From NCBI GenBank assembly GCA_019314525.1, contig JAFCZD010000002.1, positions 1 through 56,254 on the forward strand: a stretch of DNA of 56,254 nt, given 5' to 3'. The stretch comes from Deltaproteobacteria bacterium. GTDB lineage: Bacteria; Myxococcota_A; Polyangia; GCA-2747355. A model generated the notes under the pieces. It ran no database searches. It was not told the origin of the DNA and worked only from the letters and a program-made list of their open reading frames with translations. The translations under genes and the position numbers were made by a program. Shown here one piece after another: positions 36,283-45,651 of this stretch (within the stretch, counting starts at the first letter, position 1; each line of letters opens with the position of its first letter).

Positions 36283-38373
36283 ATGAGCATTCAATCTCTC
36301 AGCGCCCTCCTGGCGGCCTTGCTGACCTTCGCCATCGCTTGGCGGGTGCTCCTACGTGATAGACGCCAGCGCCGCCACCTCACCTTCGCCATTCTCACCT
36401 TCAACCTCTGTGGCTGGTACCTGGCCAGCTTTCTCGCGGATACCGTGCCCAGCGTCTACACGCGCTGGATGAGCTTCGTCGTTGCTGCTGCCATCCCTAG
36501 CAGCACCGAACGCTTCTTTCTCGCGTTCCTGCAGCCGAAGAGCCCACGCTCCATCTCTCGTGCGGTTTGGACCGGGACGCTGGTCACCTATGCGTTGCTG
36601 CTCTTGGGCTTGGTGTACACCCCTGTGATCTCGAGCCTCTTTTTCCGAGCGCCCCTCTTTGCGTTCATCTTTGGCTCGCTGGCCTACTGTGTCTTGTTGA
36701 TCCAGCGCTCCCAACGGATGAGCCCGTCTCGGCCTGAGGCCTTGCGTCTGGCGTATCTCTTTTGGGGAGGGATCATCGCCCTCACCCTCGCCGCCACAGA
36801 ATTTCTGCCTCATGTGGGGCTGGCCTTTCCCGCCGTGGGAAACATCCTCACGGTGATCTACATCTACTTTTTTTCCCAAACGCTCTTCCAATACCGTCTG
36901 CTGGACATCAAGGAGCTGCTCTCCAAGATGGTGGCGCTCTCGGCGTTGGTATCGATCCTCTCGGCGATTTATGGCCTGCTCCTCGTGTGGGTTGGACCTC
37001 AGCAGCGGGGAATTTTCCTCTTCAACACAGTGGTCGCCTCAGCGGTGATCCTCGTGATCGTCGAGCCCCTGCGCGGATGGCTGGAGTTTCGCGTCAATCG
37101 CTTGATCTTTGCCGAGACCTATGAGTTCACCCGGCGCTTACGTGGGTTGGCGCGGAGCCTGGGGGAGATCATTGAGGAGCGTGAGCTGGTGACGCGGCTT
37201 CTGGGAAACCTCGAAGAGTCTGGGCGCGTCACGCACGTTTCGCTCTATCTGATCGACTCTTCTGGGGCGCGCTATCGACTTGCGGGGCACGTGGGCCCCG
37301 CGCCGGTGCCGGAGATTGACGGCACCATTCGGCGTCTCTTCCTCGATCGGCTGCGCCGGACGGGGCTGCTCTCACGTGAAGGTGTGGAGCGGCGGCTCTC
37401 GGACCCACGAGAGGACGTCGCGGTGGCGGCGCGCAATATTCAGGAGCTGATGGAGGAGCTGCAGGCGGATGTGTGTGTGCCGCTGGCCTATGAGCGGCGC
37501 ATGTTGGGGATCCTCAACCTTCGCGACGACCGCTTGAGGGAGGCCTACAGCTCTGACGAGATTGAGTTGATCCGGCAGGTCGCCGCCCAGGCGGCGATCA
37601 CCCTGCGCAACTCACAGGTCTACGAACAGATGAAGGAGCGTGATCGCCTCGCCGCGCTTGGTCAGATGGCCGCTGGTCTCGCCCATGAGATCCGAAACCC
37701 CTTAGGGGCGATCAAGGGCGCCGCCCAGCTCTTGGATGTTTCCCCTGATTCGACAGAGGGCGTTTCGCAGGATGAGTCGAGCGAGTTTCTGGAGGTGATC
37801 ATCGAGGAAGTCAACCGCCTCGATCGCGTGGTCTCTCAATTTCTTGGTTATGCGCGCCCTGATCAGGGCCACCGCGAGATGCTGCACCTCAACGACGTGG
37901 TGCGCAAGACCTTGCAGTTGGTCCGCTCACAGCACTCCGAGGAGCAAGTTGCTATCGACCGTGATCTTGTGGCGGAGTTGCCACAGGTGCGTGGCGATCC
38001 AGAGCAGCTCCGGCAGGTCTTTCTGAACCTCGTGATCAACGGGATCCAGGCCATGGGTGGCGGGGGTACTCTTCATGTACAGACGAGTTTGCGTCCCTCG
38101 TTTTACCAGGGGCGCGCACGACGTTTTGTGGAGGTTGCTTTCGCTGATGATGGACCAGGAATCGAACCGAGTGTGCTGAAGGATCTGTTCATCCCCTTTT
38201 TTACCACCAAAGAGGGTGGCACGGGCCTGGGGCTGCCGATCTGTCAACGTATCATCGAGGCTCACGATGGACTGATCGAGGTGCAGAGCGAGCCAGGCAA
38301 GGGTGCGCGCTTCTCAGTGTTGCTGCCAGCTGCCGATGATGGGGATGCTACCGGGGCGTTTTCACTGGTCTGA
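36283..38373 (+). CDS. Sensor histidine kinase (polytopic membrane N-terminus, GAF, HisKA, HATPase_c)
   Basis: About 6-7 TM helices in the first 270 aa. A GAF-like segment. H-box GLAHEIRNPL. N/G boxes LNLVINGIQAM, DDGPGI, GTGLGL. Confidence 0.9.
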   Translation: MSIQSLSALLAALLTFAIAWRVLLRDRRQRRHLTFAILTFNLCGWYLASFLADTVPSVYTRWMSFVVAAAIPSSTERFFLAFLQPKSPRSISRAVWTGTLVTYALLLLGLVYTPVISSLFFRAPLFAFIFGSLAYCVLLIQRSQRMSPSRPEALRLAYLFWGGIIALTLAATEFLPHVGLAFPAVGNILTVIYIYFFSQTLFQYRLLDIKELLSKMVALSALVSILSAIYGLLLVWVGPQQRGIFLFNTVVASAVILVIVEPLRGWLEFRVNRLIFAETYEFTRRLRGLARSLGEIIEERELVTRLLGNLEESGRVTHVSLYLIDSSGARYRLAGHVGPAPVPEIDGTIRRLFLDRLRRTGLLSREGVERRLSDPREDVAVAARNIQELMEELQADVCVPLAYERRMLGILNLRDDRLREAYSSDEIELIRQVAAQAAITLRNSQVYEQMKERDRLAALGQMAAGLAHEIRNPLGAIKGAAQLLDVSPDSTEGVSQDESSEFLEVIIEEVNRLDRVVSQFLGYARPDQGHREMLHLNDVVRKTLQLVRSQHSEEQVAIDRDLVAELPQVRGDPEQLRQVFLNLVINGIQAMGGGGTLHVQTSLRPSFYQGRARRFVEVAFADDGPGIEPSVLKDLFIPFFTTKEGGTGLGLPICQRIIEAHDGLIEVQSEPGKGARFSVLLPAADDGDATGAFSLV

Positions 38374-38456
38374 ACTCTTGGTTGGATCCTTGTAGGCGCA
38401 AAAACCCGTTGACGCTAATCGCGCTCTAGAACGGGATATTAGGCCAGAGCGCGGTG

Positions 38457-38799
38457 CTAGAGACTACGCTTGCGTCCTCGTAGGCCGCGTCGACTGCCTT
38501 TGGGCTTATTGGGCTTGCGGAAGCCAGCGCCGGCGCCGCCAGCGCCACCACCGCCCGTGCTGCCACCTCGACCATGAAAGCCTGGTCGGCTGTTCCCACC
38601 AGCGCCAGCGCCAGCGCCAGCGCCAGCGCCACCGCCACCCTCGCTACTGCGTGGGGGGCGCTCTTCGGCCTCGTTGACACGCAGCTCACGGCCACCCACC
38701 TCGAAGCCATTGAACTGCTCAATAGCCGCCTGGGCCTCATCGCTGTTCGAATACTCAACTGCGGAAGTTCAGATTCCCTACAAACAGTTTCTTGGAAAT
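38457..38799 (-). pseudogene. RRM-type RNA-binding protein gene, apparently internally deleted and frameshifted, with ATT in place of ATG
   Basis: AAGGAG, 7 nt, then ATT TCC AAG AAA CTG TTT GTA GGG AAT CTG AAC TTC CGC AGT TGA encodes the RNP2 motif (SKKLFVGNLNF), then a stop. The +1 frame continues ..AVEYSNSDEAQAAIEQFNGFEVGGRELRVNEAEERPPR plus a Gly/Arg tail. About 38 aa are missing, including most of RNP1 (RGFGFV). Confidence 0.6.
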
Positions 38800-38890
38800 G
38801 GTCCTTCTCCTTACAATGTCGCTGCAGGCACGATGCCTGACAGCGGCGCCCTACGAGGGCCCTGATAGCAGGGGTTTCTGAGAGCGACTG

Positions 38891-40801
38891 TTATGGCTCC
38901 CAAAAACCCTTCAAAGGTGCTGCGCTGCTCGATTTACTCAGCTTTAGCAGGGCCTTGGCCTCGATTTGTCGTATGCGTTCTCGTGTGACATTGAAGTCCC
39001 GCCCCACCTCTTCCAAAGTATGTTCTGAGATCTCACCAATACCAAAACGCATGCGTAAGATCTTTTCTTCGCGTGGTGTGAGCTTCGCCAACGCGCTCCG
39101 CACGCGCGCGGCCAGATCGACGTGCTCCACCTGCATGGCGGGATCAGCGCAGGTTTCATCCTCGATGAAGTCTGCCAAACGAGATCCCTCTTCATCACCC
39201 ACCGGTGTTTCCAAGGAGATGGAGGGTTTGGAGACGCCCAGTACCCGACGGATCCGCTCAGGCGGAAGTTCGAGCAGCTCGGCGATCTCATCAAGGGTTG
39301 GCTCGCGACCCAACTGCGCCACCAGCACCCGACGAGTCCGGCTGACCTTGCCGATCATCTCGTTCATGTGCACAGGCACACGGATGGTACGGCTCTGATC
39401 GGCGATGGAGCGTGTGATCGCTTGCCGGATCCACCATGTGGCGTAGGTAGAGAACTTGTAGCCTCGGCGGTAGTCGAACTTCTCGACCGCCTTCATCAGG
39501 CCAATATTGCCCTCTTGCACCAGGTCGAGCAACGGAAGCCCACGACGGGCATATTTCTTCGCGATGCTGACCACTAGCCGTAGGTTGGCCTCTACCAACG
39601 CCGCCCGCGCTGCGTCAGCGGCGCGACGGGCGTCCAGGAGCGCGTGATAAACACGTCGTAGCTCAGCTCGGGGCTGCCCCGCTTGTTCTTCAACGTATTT
39701 TATCGTGTCGCGGTTCTGCTGCACCCTCTCTAGGGTTTTGGTGATGCTCTCCATGGAGAGCCCAACCTGCTTGGTCAAGCGCTTCGTCTCAGCAGGAGAG
39801 CCATCAGCGTCGCGCTGGCTCTTTCGCAGCGCAATACTCCCCATCCCTGCAGCGCTCTCCACCTCGGTGATACTCTCCTCAGCGCGCTCGAGGCGTGCTC
39901 CAAGATCGCGTAAACGACGGGTTGATCGGTCGAGCAGTTGAGGATGTAGCTGTAGCTCGGCTAGGAGGCGTGTGCTGCGGGCATGGTGGCGGTTCAGGGA
40001 CTGACGCTGCTTCTCTCGCGCGCTAGCGCTCGACCCACGTTTGGCGAGAGAGCTTTGTAATTCGCTAATTGCTTTGTCCGCGCGGCGCAGCCGGTCGATG
40101 CTGCTCAGCACCCGCTCTGTGTGCCACTCCTCGTTGAGTTCTCCCTCTTCTTCGTCGAGATTGCGCACCACATTGCGGATATCGACCTGGCCCGTTTTGA
40201 GCTCATCACCGACTCGAAAGAGATCCTCCACCACTACCCGGGATTGGAAGAGCGCGTCCAGCTCGCGGCGCTGTGCCTCAGCGAAGCGTTTGGCGATCTC
40301 TACTTCTCCCTCACGGGTGAGAAGTGAAAAGTCAGCCATCTTCCGCAGATAAATGCGTACAGGGTCGTCACTCTCGTCACGGTTGCGCTTGTCACCGGGC
40401 ACGGTGGCAGCGCGGCTCTTGACGAGAGACTTCGATTTCCTCTTAGCCGTGCCGTTGGACTTCCCCTTAGCCGTGCCGTTGGACTTCCCCTTAGACGTCC
40501 CGCTCTCACGCTTGGGTTCCACGACCTCGATACCCTGTCTTGCGAGCTGCGCCATGGTGGTTTCCAAGTTGGTGGTGGAATGGCCCACAGGTAGCAACTC
40601 CTCAAGATCCTTGAGCGAAACGGAACCCTGTTGTCCGCTCTTAGCAACGAGGGCCTCAAGGGCCATGGTCATAGCGTCTGGCCCACGGGTTTGGGATAGG
40701 CGACCCGTCAATCCTTTTCCGTTGCCGCGCTTGCTTTTTGGGGAAGCGGCGGCGGATGGTTGAGAGCGTGCGATATTTTTCGGACGAGCTTTGTTGGCCA
40801 T
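38891..40801 (-). CDS. rpoD: RNA polymerase primary sigma factor sigma-70
   Basis: Regions 1.2-4.2 are present ([49 protein letters not shown]). The N-terminal spacer contains an in-frame 24-bp duplication ([16 protein letters not shown]). Confidence 0.95.
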   Translation of the reverse strand: MANKARPKNIARSQPSAAASPKSKRGNGKGLTGRLSQTRGPDAMTMALEALVAKSGQQGSVSLKDLEELLPVGHSTTNLETTMAQLARQGIEVVEPKRESGTSKGKSNGTAKGKSNGTAKRKSKSLVKSRAATVPGDKRNRDESDDPVRIYLRKMADFSLLTREGEVEIAKRFAEAQRRELDALFQSRVVVEDLFRVGDELKTGQVDIRNVVRNLDEEEGELNEEWHTERVLSSIDRLRRADKAISELQSSLAKRGSSASAREKQRQSLNRHHARSTRLLAELQLHPQLLDRSTRRLRDLGARLERAEESITEVESAAGMGSIALRKSQRDADGSPAETKRLTKQVGLSMESITKTLERVQQNRDTIKYVEEQAGQPRAELRRVYHALLDARRAADAARAALVEANLRLVVSIAKKYARRGLPLLDLVQEGNIGLMKAVEKFDYRRGYKFSTYATWWIRQAITRSIADQSRTIRVPVHMNEMIGKVSRTRRVLVAQLGREPTLDEIAELLELPPERIRRVLGVSKPSISLETPVGDEEGSRLADFIEDETCADPAMQVEHVDLAARVRSALAKLTPREEKILRMRFGIGEISEHTLEEVGRDFNVTRERIRQIEAKALLKLSKSSSAAPLKGFWEP

Positions 40802-41066
40802 GATCTCTCGGAGGCGTGCAGCCGATCGGAAAAATCAGGCGCCGCCACGACCCCAACGAGAGTATTCACTCCCACGCCGTCGAACCGATGCCGAGCCACA
40901 CTCATAGCAACCCTAGAGCAAAAGGCAAGGCAGAGTACGTCAAATGGGCTAGCGAGTTGGTGGTGGTTGTGGGGCCAAGGGTCATTTTGGGTGCCGAGGT
41001 CCCTGGGGACGACCTTGTAGATGCTGAAATTAAGGGACTATTCTGTGTGTCCACACCTCTGCACAG

Positions 41067-41238
41067 GATCTTTCCGAGCGCCTTTTATGAGTCGCAACAC
41101 TCCAGCGCCGCGGAGGCGGCGCCAAATGAAACAGAGTGTCCTGGCTAGACAAATGCGAAATGAGCCGTCTTGGAGCCGCCCTGTGCCCCCTCAAGGGGCG
41201 GCGAGAAGCCGGCTCAATGCTTTCGAATCAGAGCACTA
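41067..41238 (-). repeat. Structured repeat R1, copy A (172 bp); begins on the TAG stop of the EF-hand gene
   Basis: The reverse complement aligns without gaps to 48494-48665 with 15 mismatches in 172 nt (about 91%). The central about 135 nt are about 96% identical. Confidence 0.9.
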
Positions 41239-41448
41239 GCGCTGCTCCCACCAAAGGACGAACTCCTCGAACTCGATGGTACCATTGCTATCACAGTCAA
41301 TGCTCTTGAAGCCCACGGCGATCTCTGCGTCGCTCATGGCGGCGCCAAGACCATCTTGAACCAACCGCCGGAATTCATCGCGGTCGATCCGGCGGTTTTT
41401 GTCAGTGTCAAAGTGGGCGAATATGTCAGCCAATTCTTCGCGGTCCAT
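41236..41448 (-). CDS. Small two-EF-hand calcium-binding protein
   Basis: Two canonical loops, DTDKNRRIDRDE and DCDSNGTIEFEE. Strong AAGGAGAG Shine-Dalgarno 7 nt upstream. Lies 13 nt downstream of selA. Confidence 0.75.
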   Translation of the reverse strand: MDREELADIFAHFDTDKNRRIDRDEFRRLVQDGLGAAMSDAEIAVGFKSIDCDSNGTIEFEEFVLWWEQR

Positions 41449-41461
41449 CTCTATACTCTCC

Positions 41462-42877
41462 TTATTTCAGCTGTCCCAAGGCGTCGCAAGCGGCTTGCGA
41501 CAAACGCCCCAGATCCTCGTCGGGCAGGGTCCGCACATCGAGCAGCAACTGTTCGTCTTCTACACGGGCGATGATCGGTGGATCGGCGGCGCGTAACGTT
41601 TCAGCGAGGCGCTGGGCACTATGGCTCGGATGCTTCAGCACCACAGCCCAGGAGGGGAGGTCGGCGATGGGATAGGCGCCACCCCCCACCCGCCCCACTC
41701 CTTCCACCGCTCTGGCCTCCCATGACGCCTTCAGCATCTTCCGTAGCTTTGCTGCCAGCGTCTTGGCGCGTTGATGCAACGTCTCTTGGGGAGTGGTGAG
41801 CATGCGCACGACAGGGATCTCCTGTCGTTCTTGGCCCTCACGGTAGATGTTCAGCGTTTCCTCCAGGGCTGCCAGGCAAAGCTTATCAGGCCGCAGGGCT
41901 CGCATCATCGGGTGGCGCCGCACCTCGTTCACTAGCTCGCGGCGCCCGACGATGATGCCCGCCTGTGGACCACCAAGGAGCTTGTCACCAGAGAACGTGA
42001 CCAAGTCGAAGCCTGCATTCAGTGCGTCATGCACGGTACTTTCGTGGCCACCGAGGCCGAGCTCCTGCAAGTCGAAGAGCGAACCGGAGCCGAGATCGTA
42101 CATCACAGGGACTCCATGTTGGCGCCCCAGCGCTACAAGCTCTTCCGAGGTTAGGGAGCGGGTGAACCCCACGACCTCATAGTTGCTCGTGTGGACCTTC
42201 AGCATCAGCCCAGTTTGCTCACAGATAGCTCGTTCATAGTCTGCTGGATGCGTGCGGTTGGTGGTGCCCACTTCACGCAGCATCGCTCCAGACATCTCCA
42301 TGACGTCAGGCATGCGAAACGAGCCGCCGATCTCGACCAGCTCGCCGCGGCTGACGATCACTTCTCTGTCACGGGCGTGGGTGGTGAGGCAGAGCATCAC
42401 GGCGGCGGCATTATTGTTGACCACCACAGCGTCCTCAGCTGCACAGATCTCGCAAATCAGCCGAGCGACGTGGCCATGTCGATCCCCCCTCAGCCCAGCG
42501 GCGAGGTCGTACTCTAGCGTGCTATAACCCTGGGCGAGGGTTTGCATGTGGCGCATGACACGGTGAGGGAGCGGAGCGCGCCCTAAGTTGGTGTGCACCA
42601 CGACCCCGGTCGCGTTGAAGACCTCACGGAGGGTCGACGTTTGGTGCGCCTGAGCCCGCGTCCTCACCTCGCCCGCTTCAAGGGTGGCAGCCACATCCTC
42701 ACCCGCGAGGAGTTGCCCACGGCGCATGGCGATAGCGTCTCGGCACGCTCGTACCAGCGCCCAGCGTGGCAAGGGGCCGCCCTCCACTGCACTGGTCCGC
42801 AAGAGTTCGTCGACGGCGGGCAGCTCACGCAGCCGTTTCTGCAGCTGCTCTGGCAGTTTCTTTAACTCTTTCTTCAT
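41462..42877 (-). CDS. selA: L-seryl-tRNA(Sec) selenium transferase
   Basis: About 470 aa with SelA-typical FSGDKLLGGPQAGIIVGR (PLP lysine) and N-terminal LPAVDELL. Confidence 0.9.
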   Translation of the reverse strand: MKKELKKLPEQLQKRLRELPAVDELLRTSAVEGGPLPRWALVRACRDAIAMRRGQLLAGEDVAATLEAGEVRTRAQAHQTSTLREVFNATGVVVHTNLGRAPLPHRVMRHMQTLAQGYSTLEYDLAAGLRGDRHGHVARLICEICAAEDAVVVNNNAAAVMLCLTTHARDREVIVSRGELVEIGGSFRMPDVMEMSGAMLREVGTTNRTHPADYERAICEQTGLMLKVHTSNYEVVGFTRSLTSEELVALGRQHGVPVMYDLGSGSLFDLQELGLGGHESTVHDALNAGFDLVTFSGDKLLGGPQAGIIVGRRELVNEVRRHPMMRALRPDKLCLAALEETLNIYREGQERQEIPVVRMLTTPQETLHQRAKTLAAKLRKMLKASWEARAVEGVGRVGGGAYPIADLPSWAVVLKHPSHSAQRLAETLRAADPPIIARVEDEQLLLDVRTLPDEDLGRLSQAACDALGQLK

Positions 42878-42919
42878 CGTTCACTCACCACTTGAAGATC
42901 CCTCGTCGATCCGATAGCG

Positions 42920-42946
42920 TTGCGCGCTCCTGGAGGCTCGTATAAT
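42920..42946 (+). promoter_or_regulatory. Candidate sigma-70 promoter for the plsB-like/gpsA operon
   Basis: Perfect TATAAT at 42941-42946, rare in this GC-rich DNA. It lies about 55-95 nt upstream of the candidate starts. The -35 is weak (TTGCGC at 42920 with a short 15-nt spacer). Confidence 0.3.
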
Positions 42947-43038
42947 ATCAGCAACTTGCAGAATGGCGCCAGGGGGGAAGCAGAGAACATCGATTTTTGG
43001 TGTCCCCAACGCTGTTATGGAGAAAGCGAGACCATGGC

Positions 43039-44631
43039 ATGAGGCCAGAGGATAGAGAGCGGATCCAGGTCGAAGTGACGCAGCGAGTGGTGGCGCGTTA
43101 CGTCGAAATGTCCATGAATCAACCCGAGGGGTTCATGCAGACGGTGGTCAACGACACCGTCTACCATGAGATGCGCCGCCTTGATCGCGCCACCCACAAC
43201 CGCAAGGCCAAGCACACCATCGGTTACTACCAAGATGTCCGCCACAAGCTGCTGAGTGGATCCGACGCCGACCAACGTCGGCTCCTCGAGGGGATGGCGC
43301 GGCGTTTTGTCGCTGAGGTGGTGGGTAACTTCGATGAGCGAGTTTATCGTCTCTCCACAACCATGATTCCCACGGGCCTTGGGGTGCTGCTCAATGCCAT
43401 GAGCCCCAAGCGGCTGCTCTCTCTCGATCACTTTCGTAGCAGCCTGGCCAACCAGATCTCGATTCAAGGGGCGACAAGCCAGGTGCGTGGGCTCCTCGAC
43501 CGGGGGACCTTGGTCGTCGTGCCCACTCACAGCTCGAACCTCGACAGCATTATCTTGGGCTACGCCGTCTACCTGATGGGTATCCCACCGCTGGTCTATG
43601 GTGCCGGGCTGAACCTCTTCACCAATCCGCTGGTGAGCTTCTTCATGCGGAACCTGGGTGCCTACCGAGTGGACCGCTACAAGACGGCTCCAGTCTACAA
43701 GGAGGTGCTCAAGGAGTATGCAACCTGTGCCTCAGAGATGGGCTATCACCAGCTCTTCTTCCCCGGTGGTACACGGAGCCGCAGTGGCCAGGTGGAGCAG
43801 CGGCTGAAGAAGGGGCTGATGGGCACGTCCTTGCGCGCTTTCATCGCCAATCACATCGCCGATAAGGCACGGCCCAATATCTACATTGTACCCTGCACCC
43901 TCTCATACAAGCTGGTGCTCGAGGCCGAAACCCTCATTGGAGACCACCTCTCCGAGTCGGGCAAGGCGCGCTTCATTATCGACGACGATGAGTTTTCGCG
44001 CCCCAAGCGCCTGCTCAACTTCTTCTCCAACCTCCTCTCCTTGAATGACGAAATTATTGTGCGCTTTGGTCAGCCGATGGATGTTTTTGGCAACCCAGTA
44101 GACGAGCGTGGAGAGAGCCTCGACCCACAGGGGCGGCCCTTGGACGCGCGCACCTACATTAGCCGCGATGGTGTGCCCTATTTTGATGATCAGCGTGACA
44201 TGGAGTACACCAACGAACTCTCTCACTCCATCGCGGGCGCGTACTTGCGCGAGAACGTGCTGATGAACACCAACGTGGTGGCGCGTGCGCTCTTCACTCT
44301 CCTCAGGCGCGCGAATCCTGGCGTTGATCTCTATCGCTTGATGCACACCGGCGGTCGCAGCTCCTCTTTCACCATGGCTGAGCTGCACACAGAGACAGAG
44401 CATCTATTGACAGCGCTGAAGAAGCTGCCCGTACGGCCACAGCTGACAGCGCTTCTGCAGCGCGGAGACATTCAGGAGATCGTCAACGATGCGTTGACGC
44501 ATTTTAGCATCTACCACACGCAGCCGGCAGCGACGCGTCGAGGCGACCATGTGTTTCACCAGGATCGCAAGCTGCTCTACTACTATAGCAACCGGCTCGA
44601 GGGCTACGATCTGCCCTCGGTCGATCGATAG
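43039..44631 (+). CDS. PlsB-like glycerol-3-phosphate / lysophospholipid acyltransferase
   Basis: Acyltransferase motif I HSSNLD (HxxxxD) in VVPTHSSNLDSII. Motif III FFPGGTRSRSG. The start is uncertain (ATG 43039 or TTG 42997). Confidence 0.7.
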   Translation: MRPEDRERIQVEVTQRVVARYVEMSMNQPEGFMQTVVNDTVYHEMRRLDRATHNRKAKHTIGYYQDVRHKLLSGSDADQRRLLEGMARRFVAEVVGNFDERVYRLSTTMIPTGLGVLLNAMSPKRLLSLDHFRSSLANQISIQGATSQVRGLLDRGTLVVVPTHSSNLDSIILGYAVYLMGIPPLVYGAGLNLFTNPLVSFFMRNLGAYRVDRYKTAPVYKEVLKEYATCASEMGYHQLFFPGGTRSRSGQVEQRLKKGLMGTSLRAFIANHIADKARPNIYIVPCTLSYKLVLEAETLIGDHLSESGKARFIIDDDEFSRPKRLLNFFSNLLSLNDEIIVRFGQPMDVFGNPVDERGESLDPQGRPLDARTYISRDGVPYFDDQRDMEYTNELSHSIAGAYLRENVLMNTNVVARALFTLLRRANPGVDLYRLMHTGGRSSSFTMAELHTETEHLLTALKKLPVRPQLTALLQRGDIQEIVNDALTHFSIYHTQPAATRRGDHVFHQDRKLLYYYSNRLEGYDLPSVDR

Positions 44632-44640
44632 GAGCGAGGC

Positions 44641-45651
44641 ATGCCCGAGAACGTTGGCGTGATTGGATCGGGGAGCTGGGGGACGACCATTGCCAAGATC
44701 CTCGGAGAAAATGGGCACCAGGTGCTGCTCTGGACGCGGCGTCAGGAGCTCTGCGACGAGATCAACGCCACCCGTGAAAATGCCAGCTATTTGCCGGGCG
44801 CCAAGCTGGCGCCTGGGGTGATGGCCACCACGGATTTGCCGCGGATTTGTGAGACCTGTCGCTTGATCGTGATGGTTGTGCCCTCTCACGGCTTCCGCGC
44901 GGTGGCGCACGAGATCGGCGGCTATCTCGATGGTGAGCATGTGCTCGTACATGCCACCAAGGGAATCGAGCAGGAGAGCTTCAAGCGCATGAGTGAAATC
45001 TTGCGTGAGGAGACGCCCGTGCGAAAGATCGGCGTGCTCTCGGGGCCGAACTTGGCTCGTGAGTTGGCCGACCGCAAGCCTTCGGGCACGTTAGTAGCCT
45101 CACACTACGATGAGGTGATCACCCGCGCGCAGCAGGCGCTGCAAAGCGAATATTTTCGTGTTTATGCAGGGCATGATGTGGTCGGCGCCGAGATCGGCGG
45201 CACCTTCAAGAACATCGTTGCGCTTGCTGCTGGTGTGGTGGATGGGTTGAAGCTCGGCGACAACACCAAGGCGCTCTTGATGACTCGTGGCATCAACGAG
45301 ATGGCACGTTTTGGCTCGGCCATGGGCGCTAAGGTGCTCACCTTTGGTGGCATGGCGGGGTTTGGCGACATGATGGCCACGTGCGCTTCATCCTTTTCTC
45401 GCAATCACCAAGTCGGCGAGCGGCTGGCGCGGGGCGAGACGTTGGAGGAGATCCTCGAGGCGATGAAGATGGTGGCCGAGGGGGTGAAGGCCACGCGGGC
45501 GGTGCGCACCTTCACCGAGGGCCGTGGTTTCTCCTTACCCATCGTGGACGCCGTTTATGAGGTGCTTTACGAGGGCGCGCCGGTGCCAGCTGCGATCTCG
45601 AAGCTGATGACTCTCGCCACCGGCGACGAATTTAGGGGGCTCGTGTTGTGA
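44641..45651 (+). CDS. gpsA: NAD(P)H-dependent glycerol-3-phosphate dehydrogenase
   Basis: VGVIGSGSWGTTIAKIL Rossmann motif and a full-length GpsA-like sequence. AGGAG Shine-Dalgarno. Confidence 0.9.
   Translation: MPENVGVIGSGSWGTTIAKILGENGHQVLLWTRRQELCDEINATRENASYLPGAKLAPGVMATTDLPRICETCRLIVMVVPSHGFRAVAHEIGGYLDGEHVLVHATKGIEQESFKRMSEILREETPVRKIGVLSGPNLARELADRKPSGTLVASHYDEVITRAQQALQSEYFRVYAGHDVVGAEIGGTFKNIVALAAGVVDGLKLGDNTKALLMTRGINEMARFGSAMGAKVLTFGGMAGFGDMMATCASSFSRNHQVGERLARGETLEEILEAMKMVAEGVKATRAVRTFTEGRGFSLPIVDAVYEVLYEGAPVPAAISKLMTLATGDEFRGLVL

Noticed and set aside
38420-38456. cgcgctct / 18-nt loop / agagcgcg hairpin between the histidine kinase gene and the RRM pseudogene
   Set aside because: The loop is large and there is no U-run on either strand. 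This is insufficient to call a terminator.
38574-38640. GCCAGC hexamer microsatellite
   Set aside because: It is the coding sequence (minus strand) of the Gly/Ala-rich tail of the RRM-type protein (GAGAGAGAGAGG), not an independent feature.
40430-40500. 24-bp direct duplication cttagccgtgccgttggacttccc
   Set aside because: It is in frame inside rpoD ([16 protein letters not shown] in the variable N-terminal spacer). It is a coding-repeat expansion, not a regulatory or mobile element.
40816-41148. 110-aa plus-strand ORF in the rpoD upstream region
   Set aside because: It has no Shine-Dalgarno. Its 3' half is simply repeat R1 copy A read antisense, and the same repeat at 48494-48665 is non-coding. 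The region is more likely the rpoD promoter and leader.
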